From the IMG/VR virus record IMGVR_UViG_3300018432_000013, positions 32,001 to 96,000 of that record: 64,000 bases of DNA; one strand, 5' to 3'. The notes below the pieces were generated by a model, which saw nothing but the letters and a program-made list of their open reading frames with translations, was not told the DNA's origin and ran no database searches. Each line of letters opens with the position of its first letter. Within the stretch, counting starts at the first letter, position 1. Of this stretch, positions 38,758 to 46,458 are shown one piece after another. The DNA comes from a virus. Made by a program: the position numbers and the translations under genes.

Positions 38758-38785
38758 TCAAGTAAGCGCGGCAAGCGGACGATAA
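38758..38785 (+). promoter_or_regulatory. Sigma28/FliA-type promoter 6 (variant, within 14-bp inverted repeat)
   Basis: TCAAGTAA-N12-GACGATAA. Confidence 0.6.
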
Positions 38786-38828
38786 CAATGGTGAGGCGCA
38801 AGCAAGCGCCCGAACGGGAGCACGCAAC

Positions 38829-39293
38829 ATGGCAACGATTACGTGGAACATGGGCAGCAACGTGGAAGCGGTCTCAATCAAAACGGCTAGCGCGCTCGAA
38901 ATCGCGATCGCAACCATCGTTGCAGAGCACGCCGATAGCTACCCGGACACGGGAGCCGTTGGATTCCTTAAGGATCTCGCGTACGGCGGTTGCGAGTCCG
39001 GCATGGTGGGCGAGCTTGTCTACTACCGCGATACGTGCGCCTTTTATGAGACACATCGGCGCGAGATCGCCACGCTATTGAGCGAGATGCTTGCCGATGT
39101 AGGCGCAGACTCACCTCAAGGCCTGTTCGGTGAAAAGTGGGATCGCGAAGATCCGCTCGCATTGGAGGAAACGAATCAAAACTTGCTTGCGTGGTTCGCT
39201 TGCGAGGAAACGGCGCGCCGGTTGACGCAACTTGCGCGTGAGAGCTTGCCGGATGCGAGCGCTGGCGCGCGCGCGCTTGAAACACTCCTCTAG
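38829..39293 (+). CDS. Acidic helical array protein, possible DNA mimic / anti-restriction protein
   Basis: FLKDLAYGGCESGMVGELVYYRDT..FY...NLLAWFACEE; acidic; function is inference. Confidence 0.55.
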   Translation: MATITWNMGSNVEAVSIKTASALEIAIATIVAEHADSYPDTGAVGFLKDLAYGGCESGMVGELVYYRDTCAFYETHRREIATLLSEMLADVGADSPQGLFGEKWDREDPLALEETNQNLLAWFACEETARRLTQLARESLPDASAGARALETLL

Positions 39294-39299
39294 TCGCTA

Positions 39300-39860
39300 C
39301 TTGCTCCCGTGGCGCAGCGAATCGGGCCCGCACTCTGCAAAACGAGTGCGGGCCCGATTCGCGTTTGCGGTTCGTTTGCGGCCGCTGGCGCTGGCTCCCG
39401 TGGCAACGCTGGCTCCCGTGCTCCCGTGGCGGCGCTGGCTTCCCGAGCGGCGCTGGCGCTGGCTTGCCGTGCTCCCGTGCTCCCGAGCGGCGCTGGCGCT
39501 GACCTTGCTCCCGTGGCGTGCTCCCGAGCGGCGCTGGCTTGCCGTGGCGCTGGCTTGCCGTGCTTCCCGAACGGCGCTGGCGTTCAAACTAGCCTCCCAT
39601 GCGCCTCGGGAAGGCGCGCCAGCGCCAGCGGCTAGCCGGACATAGCCGCACGCTACGCTGGCGCCGCTTGCGAGCAGCTAGCGCGCTTCCCGTGCTTCCC
39701 GTGCTTCCCGTGGCGCTGGCTCCCGTGCTCCCATGCTCCCGTGCGGCGCTGGCTCCCGTGGCTGGCTCCCGTGGCTGGCTCCCGTGGCTGGCTCCCGTGG
39801 CGCTGGCGCTGGCACTGGCTTGCCGTGTTCCCGAGCGGCGCTGGCTTCCCGTGGCATTGC
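39300..39860. repeat. Low-complexity tract of GCTCCCGTG / GCTGGC repeats
   Basis: 12 exact GCTCCCGTG plus variants; 13-bp unit GGCTCCCGTGGCT about x4 at 39751-39800. Confidence 0.9.
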
Positions 39861-39890
39861 CGCGACTTGCGAGAATCTTTCTTTTTCGAT

Positions 39891-39918
39891 TCAAGTAAAC
39901 GCGGCAAGCGGCCGATAA
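39891..39918 (+). promoter_or_regulatory. Sigma28/FliA-type promoter 7
   Basis: TCAAGTAA-N12-GCCGATAA. Confidence 0.65.
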
Positions 39919-39961
39919 CTTAGGTGAGGCCAGCGAGACGCTAGCCGGATGCGGAAAAAGA

Positions 39962-39996
39962 TTGACGGCAAACGAGCAGACCGGCTAATCTGATAC
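39962..39996 (+). promoter_or_regulatory. Sigma70-like promoter overlapped by TAATCTGATAC operator-like site
   Basis: TTGACG-N18-TAATCT. Confidence 0.55.
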
Positions 39997-40012
39997 TAGA
40001 AAGAGCGAGCAG

Positions 40013-40195
40013 ATGAAAAAGCCAACCAAGTATGTGTACGAATACATCGTACAGGGCCACTACGGTCAGGGATGGGAAGACCTGACCGCGCACGACACGC
40101 GCAAAGCGGCACGCGACGAGCGGCGCGTGTACGCGGCAAACGAGCCGGGCCCGCATCGGGTCATCTTCAGGCGCTCTCTCCGGCACACGGTTTGA
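40013..40195 (+). CDS. Small array gene (YG.GWE family)
   Basis: VQGHYGQGWEDL...Y..NE. Confidence 0.7.
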   Translation: MKKPTKYVYEYIVQGHYGQGWEDLTAHDTRKAARDERRVYAANEPGPHRVIFRRSLRHTV

Positions 40196-40316
40196 GCACA
40201 CGGGATCTCGCACACGGGATCTGCACACGGGTTGAGCCCTGCACACGAGCACACGGTCTCGCGCACACGGCTCAGAACGCGAGCACGCGGTCTGACAGCA
40301 CACGGGAGCACGAATC

Positions 40317-40628
40317 ATGGCAATGAACGCTGACATCGAACACGCGCGCACACGGCTTCTCGCGGTCCTCTCGGAGGGCTCAAAAGTCTACTGCGTACTT
40401 CGCACACGGTCTAAGTCGGGAATGTCGCGCACGGTGTCTTTCTTCACCTACCACGACGGGCACATGGTTTGGCTTGACGGCTACATGCACACGGTTTGCG
40501 GCTTCGCCCGCAAAGGCGATTCGCTGGTCATCAAGGGTGTTGGGCAGGACGCGGGGTTGCACGCGGTTTCGACGCTAGCCGCGAAGCTCTTCGGCCGCTC
40601 CGATGCGCTAGGCCACGAGTGGCTCTGA
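40317..40628 (+). CDS. Array gene (G..VY..LR..S.SGMSR phage family)
   Basis: Shared leader; motif recalled from uncharacterised phage proteins ending in WL. Confidence 0.75.
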   Translation: MAMNADIEHARTRLLAVLSEGSKVYCVLRTRSKSGMSRTVSFFTYHDGHMVWLDGYMHTVCGFARKGDSLVIKGVGQDAGLHAVSTLAAKLFGRSDALGHEWL

Positions 40629-40736
40629 ACTGAACATGCACGCGGGATCGCGCGCTGAGGTTCTCTCGCAATCCGCACACGGGATCGCGCTCGAATCTGA
40701 GCACACGGGCTCAACTTTCACGGGAGCACACGGCAC

Positions 40737-41000
40737 ATGGAAAAACATTACAGCTACGGTTCAGGCTCAACGGGCTGCATGTACGATTCAGGCCCGCACA
40801 CGGCTTCGACTCTCGAAGACGCAATCGAAGGCGCGCTGTGTATCTTCGACGACCTTAGCGACGGCGCGCTCGCTTGTGCACGCGCGGATCTACTCGCACA
40901 CGGGATCCACTACTTCCCTGAACTAGTACGCGGATACGCTGGCGCCGATTACGTCGAAGTGGTCGAGCAAGCCGGTCCCTGCCCTGAGTCCGACGACTGA
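40737..41000 (+). CDS. Small acidic array gene
   Basis: Shared leader, 87 aa, G..GCMYD. Confidence 0.7.
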   Translation: MEKHYSYGSGSTGCMYDSGPHTASTLEDAIEGALCIFDDLSDGALACARADLLAHGIHYFPELVRGYAGADYVEVVEQAGPCPESDD

Positions 41001-41111
41001 ACGCACACGGGATCGCACGCGAGGATCGCGCGCTGAGATTCTTCCGCCAGCCTGCACACGGCTTGCGCTCGAATCTGAGCACACGGGCTCAACTTTCACG
41101 GGAGCACGAAC

Positions 41112-41303
41112 ATGGGAAACATGAAGCACTACACGCTACAGATTCGCAAGCCTGGCCGCGCATATCGCACGGTCGAGACTTCGACCGACGCCGCATCGAT
41201 TCGCTGGGCTTTCGACCAGCACTTGGTGCCTTACGGTGAGAGCAGCGTGCGAATCTTGGACACGAACGGCGCAGTCATCATGCGCGCCACGCCAAAGCAG
41301 TAA
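41112..41303 (+). CDS. Small array gene
   Basis: Shared leader, 63 aa. Confidence 0.7.
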   Translation: MGNMKHYTLQIRKPGRAYRTVETSTDAASIRWAFDQHLVPYGESSVRILDTNGAVIMRATPKQ

Positions 41304-41406
41304 CGCACACGGGATCGCACGCGGGATCGCGCGCTGAGATTCTCTCGCAATCCGCACACGGGATCGCGCTCGAATCTGAGCACACGGGCTCTAAGGAGTA
41401 AGACAC

Positions 41407-41775
41407 ATGGCAAGGCAGCGCAAACTTGGTTCACGGCAGAAGGCAAACGCGGACGCTGCATTCCTGGCCGCATTCGAGCGCGCAATGGTACTACTCGGCG
41501 CCACGAAGCGCGCGGACTGGACGTGGACAGCACATGAGTACGAAATCGAAACGCGTGCAGGTCGACTCGGCATCACGGGTTATCCCACGTCGCTCTCGGA
41601 GCCAGGCGGTTGGGTGGCGATGCGCTTCGACGACACCGAGCGCGCGAACACACTCGGACTCGGACAGCTCCTCAACAGGAATAGCGGCAAGTACAACGTA
41701 GATAGCCTGTACGGCTGCTCAGACGCGACCGAAGTTACCGACACGATCATGCGCCACGTACAGCGCGCGCTCTGA
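41407..41775 (+). CDS. Array gene
   Basis: SD TAAGGAG, 122 aa between repeats. Confidence 0.7.
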   Translation: MARQRKLGSRQKANADAAFLAAFERAMVLLGATKRADWTWTAHEYEIETRAGRLGITGYPTSLSEPGGWVAMRFDDTERANTLGLGQLLNRNSGKYNVDSLYGCSDATEVTDTIMRHVQRAL

Positions 41776-41882
41776 AAGATTGCGCACGCGGGATCGCGCG
41801 CTGAAATCTGCACACGGGCTTGCCTCGCACGCGGTCTGCAGATTTGAGCACACGGGCTCAACTTTCACGGGAGCACACGGTC

Positions 41883-42068
41883 ATGAAATACATCCTGAAG
41901 CAAGAGACGAACGACGGGATTTGGACTAGCGAAGCGTTCGAGGCGCCGCACGAGCACGCGGTAAAGCAAGCGGTCGTCGCCGGCTACCTGAACGGCTCGG
42001 CACGCTGGGCAGAGACGCTCGACGGCACGCGCATCTACGGCCTAGACAAAAAAGGAAAGCAGCTCTGA
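41883..42068 (+). CDS. Small array gene
   Basis: Shared leader; start MKYILKQ. Confidence 0.7.
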   Translation: MKYILKQETNDGIWTSEAFEAPHEHAVKQAVVAGYLNGSARWAETLDGTRIYGLDKKGKQL

Positions 42069-42181
42069 GTCGCACACGGGATCGCACGCGGGATCGCGCG
42101 CTGAGATTCTTTCGCCAGCCTTGCACACGGCTTGCGCTCGAATCTGAGCACACGGGCTCAACTTTCACGGGAGCACGGAAC

Positions 42182-42406
42182 ATGGAAAAAGACACAAGCC
42201 ACCTAGGCGCGCTACAGGTTCGCCTCTCGCACGAACGAAACCGCCTGAACGCAGCGAAGACGGAAGGCGAGCGCGAACTTCGCCAAGTCTGGGTCGCTCA
42301 GATTGAAAAGGAAATCGCAGGCGAGAAGGCTTTCCTCGGGATGGTTGACGAATCTCCTACGACTGAGATGAGCGCTGACGACCTTCTCGCTGAACTTCTC
42401 GCCTGA
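42182..42406 (+). CDS. Small helical array gene
   Basis: Shared leader, 74 aa. Confidence 0.75.
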   Translation: MEKDTSHLGALQVRLSHERNRLNAAKTEGERELRQVWVAQIEKEIAGEKAFLGMVDESPTTEMSADDLLAELLA

Positions 42407-42510
42407 ACCTGCACGCGGGATCGCGCGCTGAGATTCAACCGCCAGCCTGCACACGGCTTGCGCTCGAATCTGAGCACACGGGGCTCAACGCACACGGGAG
42501 TTTACGAAAC

Positions 42511-42726
42511 ATGGAAACGAAAAAGCAGCACACGGCGCCAGTTCTTAGGCTCGCTTCGGTTCGGCGGACGCGCACACTCTTCGTGCTGCGCTACGAAGAG
42601 GGACAGGGCGAGAGGCGCAAAGGTGATTATCTCTACCTGCTCACGCGGGATCGCGCAGACAAGGTCATCGACCGCGCGCGCCGCCTTGGAATCCGCGTCT
42701 TTCGGATCCCCTACCGCATTCGCTGA
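42511..42726 (+). CDS. Small basic array gene
   Basis: Variant leader ACGGGAG, 71 aa. Confidence 0.6.
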   Translation: METKKQHTAPVLRLASVRRTRTLFVLRYEEGQGERRKGDYLYLLTRDRADKVIDRARRLGIRVFRIPYRIR

Positions 42727-43129
42727 CTCGCACACGGGATCTCGCACACGGTTTCGTGCATAGCAGACTGCGCTTCGGGTTTGGGGCCTCCATCGTGCTC
42801 CCACACTCGCCCAAACTACGAAGCGCTCTCTGCTGCACACGAACTCCGCACACGGCACGCACCTCGCACACACGGATTTCCAATTAAGTTCTACGCCACG
42901 TACGAATACGTCACACGCATGCACGCGGTAGTCACGCTAACGGACGAGCAAAAACAACTTTGCCGGTGCTTACCGCGTCGAGTACCGACCCGGCCACAAC
43001 ATCTACGAAACAAGCTTCAAACACGCCGAGCAAGCCGCAGCCCTCAAAGGCGGTCGGCTTGAGCGGTTCACCCGGGTCTGAAGCACACGGCACGCACCTC
43101 GCACACGGCATTCAAGGAGGAACACGGCA

Positions 43130-43387
43130 ATGGCACACGGATTCACACGCGACTGCCTCGTCTCAATCATCTACGACGTGCTCGACAAGCGCTGGGACGG
43201 CGACATGAGCCCATACAAAATCTCAGAAGTCGCAGCCGACGCACTCATCACAGCCGGCATCGAGGTCGCTACAGAACCGAGCGAAGAAGAGCGCGAGATT
43301 GCCGCATGCGAAGCGCGCGCCGAGCTCGATGAGTACCTGCTCGATCTTCACAACGATCAACTCGCTGACGAGGCGATGGGCAAATGA
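43130..43387 (+). CDS. Acidic hypothetical protein
   Basis: SD AAGGAGG. Confidence 0.7.
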   Translation: MAHGFTRDCLVSIIYDVLDKRWDGDMSPYKISEVAADALITAGIEVATEPSEEEREIAACEARAELDEYLLDLHNDQLADEAMGK

Positions 43388-43575
43388 ACGACGAAGAACG
43401 CAAGAAACTACTGCGCTCGGCTATGCTTGCCTGCCGCAGTCCGATGTACACGATGCACATCGAGACGCGCGAGCAACTTCTCGCGGGCCTCGAACACGCG
43501 AACATCAGCGCAGCCGATCTCGTTCGTTTTGCCATCGACACGCACCGCAAAAACAGCTGAAGGAAACCCGCCACC

Positions 43576-43866
43576 ATGCCAACGCCCACCCCCATCAAGC
43601 TCACGCTCGTACGCGCAGGCCTCGAAGCCATCGAGCGGCACGTAGAGAAGATTCCCTATCACGCAAACCTCATCCGCTCCGACCTCGAAGCGAGCTACCT
43701 GGAGCGCGAGCGCGCGCTCTTCATCTCGCAGCAGTGCGTCAGCATCCGCGATGCGCTCGCGAGCGCTCTGCGCGCAATCAACGCGATCGACAAGGACGCG
43801 CAGCAATACCTTGCCGAGACCGATCCGAACCCTTCATCTCACGCCCGACTCCCGAATAAAGATTGA
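43576..43866 (+). CDS. Hypothetical protein
   Basis: 96 aa, SD AAGGA. Confidence 0.6.
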   Translation: MPTPTPIKLTLVRAGLEAIERHVEKIPYHANLIRSDLEASYLERERALFISQQCVSIRDALASALRAINAIDKDAQQYLAETDPNPSSHARLPNKD

Positions 43867-43890
43867 CGGTGCTACCGGCGGTGCTACCAT
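43863..43890 (+). promoter_or_regulatory. Sigma70 promoter of the TA operon with direct-repeat operator
   Basis: TTGACG-N16-TACCAT with extended TG; GGTGCTACC twice; ATG 7 nt downstream. Confidence 0.65.
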
Positions 43891-43897
43891 GGCTGCT

Positions 43898-44119
43898 ATG
43901 GCTACCGTCCACAAGATCAGCATCTCGCTCGGCTCTGAAGACCTCGAATGGGCACGCAAAAAGGCCGAAGAAACTGCGAGTAGTGTCTCCGCAGTGATGA
44001 GCGGCGCACTGCGCCGGGAGCAACAACACGAAGCGCGACTAAAGCTTCTCGAGTGGCTCGGTACGGACGACATCACCGAAGCAGACCGTGAAGCCATACG
44101 CCTAGAACTACGCTCGTGA
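43898..44119 (+). CDS. RHH-type antitoxin (VapB-like)
   Basis: KISISL...A......SVSA....ALR; GTGA overlap with the PIN gene. Confidence 0.75.
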   Translation: MATVHKISISLGSEDLEWARKKAEETASSVSAVMSGALRREQQHEARLKLLEWLGTDDITEADREAIRLELRS

Positions 44120-44493
44120 CACGCGGCATTACGTTCGACACGGGCGCACTGATCGCGCTTGAACGCCGCCAAAAACGCATGCGCAGCATCGTGACTGAAG
44201 CCACCCTTCAAGGTCTCACGATCACCATTCCAGCTCCTGTGCTCACCGAGTGGTGGCGCAAACCAAGCGCAGCCCAGACGAATATTCTCCGCGCGTTCGA
44301 GGTGGAGCCGCTCACAGAACGCCTCGCAAAGCTCGCTGGTGAGGCCATCGAAAGCGTCGCACACGCAACACCCATCGACGCCATCGTGATGGCCAGCGCA
44401 GCATCACGAGGAGACATCGTGTTCACGAGCGACTTCGACGATCTTGATCGCTTGCGCGCCTATTTTCCCAACGTCCGAGTCTTACGCACATGA
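44116..44493 (+). CDS. vapC: PIN-domain toxin (VapC-like)
   Basis: FDTGALIA, VLTE, DAIV, TSD.DD acidic PIN residues. Confidence 0.85.
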   Translation: MTRGITFDTGALIALERRQKRMRSIVTEATLQGLTITIPAPVLTEWWRKPSAAQTNILRAFEVEPLTERLAKLAGEAIESVAHATPIDAIVMASAASRGDIVFTSDFDDLDRLRAYFPNVRVLRT

Positions 44494-44585
44494 CCTATCC
44501 GCTAATCAGAATCGAATAAGCTTGACGGCCGCTCCGTTTATCAGATACGATTCAGAGGTCCAGTAACGAAAGCAGTACCCACCCC

Positions 44586-44786
44586 ATGAAGTCCAAAGTC
44601 GTCGTCGTGCTCGTGTTTCTCGGCTCGCTCAGCATCGGCTGGGCGACGGCTCCCGCACCCGCAGAGTGCCGCATGTGCCAGTCCAAGGCCTGCTCAAGCG
44701 ATCGCAGCTGCGGCGACGCCTGCACGTGCGTGTGGCCTGACGGCAAGGACTACAAGCGCGGCGTCTGCGTGCGGATGGGGAGCTGA
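44586..44786 (+). CDS. Secreted Cys-rich peptide
   Basis: Signal peptide plus 7 Cys in about 40 aa; upstream TTGACG-N18-TACGAT promoter. Confidence 0.65.
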   Translation: MKSKVVVVLVFLGSLSIGWATAPAPAECRMCQSKACSSDRSCGDACTCVWPDGKDYKRGVCVRMGS

Positions 44787-44788
44787 AC

Positions 44789-45265
44789 GTGACCCAACAC
44801 GAAGAGCGCGACCGACGCACGGGACGCTACGCACAGGGCGCGCTCTGCGACTACTGCGGCAAGCCCACCGGCGTCGAGTACTGCACCGACGACGAAGTAT
44901 GCGGCGCAAGCGACGGGCCTGGTTTTCTGCTCTGCAGCCGCAAAGGCTGCATCAAGGCTCGCATCCAGCTGAACGTGAAAGCGCGCGACGCGATCTACAC
45001 GGCGCAACGTGCGCTGAACGAGGGCAGGGCTGCGCCTGCACTCACGCTGGCGGTGCACAGCGTGCTCGCAGCCGCGTATCCAGGCGGCAAGCGCGCCGAC
45101 CCGAAGGTCATGCTCACGCACGTGGCCCAAGATCACGACTTCGATACGGCGCTCTGCGGGCGCGTGCGTGCAGGTGCGCTCTGCGACGTCGAAGAGGAGG
45201 GCCCGCCAACCTGCACCACCTGCGCACAAATCATGGCGCGCCTGCAAAGCACCTCGACGACGTAA
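44789..45265 (+). CDS. Zn-finger protein
   Basis: CDYC, LLC...C, H...ALCG...CTTC. Confidence 0.6.
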   Translation: MTQHEERDRRTGRYAQGALCDYCGKPTGVEYCTDDEVCGASDGPGFLLCSRKGCIKARIQLNVKARDAIYTAQRALNEGRAAPALTLAVHSVLAAAYPGGKRADPKVMLTHVAQDHDFDTALCGRVRAGALCDVEEEGPPTCTTCAQIMARLQSTSTT

Positions 45266-45348
45266 GCCACCACCCTGAGCAGCGCGATAGTGCTCAAGCT
45301 CCACCCGCTCTTATCCGATACTAAGAAGTAAGAGGTCCCCGAAGTCCA

Positions 45349-46383
45349 ATGTTCAGCCCCCGCAAGTTCCTGATCGCCGCCGCCCTGATCGCTTCCGCCT
45401 GCGCAGACGCCGAGTCGCCTGAGATGGTCGACCTCATGCCTGAGGACGACGCCGCCGCCGCCGAACAGGACGGGGCCGTCACCGACGAGGACGGCGGCGC
45501 GGCGCCCACGCAGGGCGACGCGCAAGGAAACGACGCGGACGTGGCACAGGGCGACAGTGGATCCGAAGCGGATCCATCGAGCGATGCTGGATCCGCTTCG
45601 GATCCGACAAGCGATGCCGGGACCTCCGACGGGTCGAGCTCGCAGGATGCCGAGACCGACGCCTCCAGCCCGCGCGACGCAGGGCAGATCGTCGACGCCA
45701 GCGCGCACGACGCGGACGATGCGGCTGCGGCTGCGCGCGTAGACGGGTCCGCGGGCCCACTGACGCCGGACGCCAGCACGCCTGACGCCTCCAGCCCGGT
45801 CCACACGCCCGACGCCAGCGAGCCACCCGCCTGCCTTGCAGGCTGCCTCTCCGCGTTCACGGCAAGCGAGCCGAGCCCAAGCGAGCCTCTCTACGATCCG
45901 AATGCAACCGGCCAGGCGCGCTTTCTCGGCATCGAGCGCGCGATCGACCTCGGGCGCATCACGGCACCAAACGGCACGGTGCGCATCTCGGCGCACGCGG
46001 ACAGCTACCAGGATTCGGACTGGTTCAAGTTCAAGATTGACAGCGTTTACCGCTACTTCGACTTCTTCTGGGGCACGCGCACGGGCGCCCACGTCACACG
46101 CCAGTTCTACATCTCCTGCGCGCCTGAAGCCGCAGGGTGCGCGCCCATGCAGACCTCCGTGATGCTGTTCGGTAAAGAGGCGTGCTCGCTTTACAACTCT
46201 ACAGCCCCAGCGGAAGAGTTCGGTGAATACGCCTACTGCGAGGATCCCACGGTCTACATCCGCGTGGTCAGCTTCGCGGACGCGCCTGCGTCGTATACGA
46301 TCAACCTCGACATTCGCCCCCTCGCCAACCCGCGCAACATCAACACGCGCGATTACCCCCAGCGAAATGGCTACGTACCCTGA
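45349..46383 (+). CDS. Lipoprotein with Asp/Ala/Gly-rich linker and C-terminal beta domain
   Basis: Lipobox-like IASAC; DAG/DAS repeats; DSDWFKF pre-peptidase-C-like motif. Confidence 0.75.
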   Translation: MFSPRKFLIAAALIASACADAESPEMVDLMPEDDAAAAEQDGAVTDEDGGAAPTQGDAQGNDADVAQGDSGSEADPSSDAGSASDPTSDAGTSDGSSSQDAETDASSPRDAGQIVDASAHDADDAAAAARVDGSAGPLTPDASTPDASSPVHTPDASEPPACLAGCLSAFTASEPSPSEPLYDPNATGQARFLGIERAIDLGRITAPNGTVRISAHADSYQDSDWFKFKIDSVYRYFDFFWGTRTGAHVTRQFYISCAPEAAGCAPMQTSVMLFGKEACSLYNSTAPAEEFGEYAYCEDPTVYIRVVSFADAPASYTINLDIRPLANPRNINTRDYPQRNGYVP

Positions 46384-46458
46384 GTCAGTAGACTCAAAAT
46401 GGCTGGTATCATCTGCGCTATCAGCTTATTGATGCATACTGCTTGTTGGGGGAAGGCT

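Larger units (their letters stand above)
40183..43140 (+). repeat. Array of about 100-bp intergenic repeats and GCACACGG octamers
   Basis: Units at about 40636, 41003, 41305, 41783, 42072 and 42410, with degenerate copies at 40195 and 42730; about 36 GCACACGG, all on the plus strand. Confidence 0.92.

Noticed and set aside
35570-39900. Integron attC sites: GTTAGGC/GTTAAGC match the GTTRRRY core next to hairpins
   Set aside because: No RYYYAAC inverse core at a suitable distance, hairpins too short, two copies read GTAA, and no integron integrase in the window. The GTT belongs to the sigma28-like -35 box.
39232-39923. Several 60-137 aa ORFs across the repeat tract
   Set aside because: Low-complexity translations of the DNA repeat in several frames, with no RBS
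40183-42760. CRISPR array
   Set aside because: Repeats are about 100 bp and degenerate, and the intervening sequences are 180-370 bp ORFs with RBS rather than 30-40 bp spacers. No cas1/cas2.
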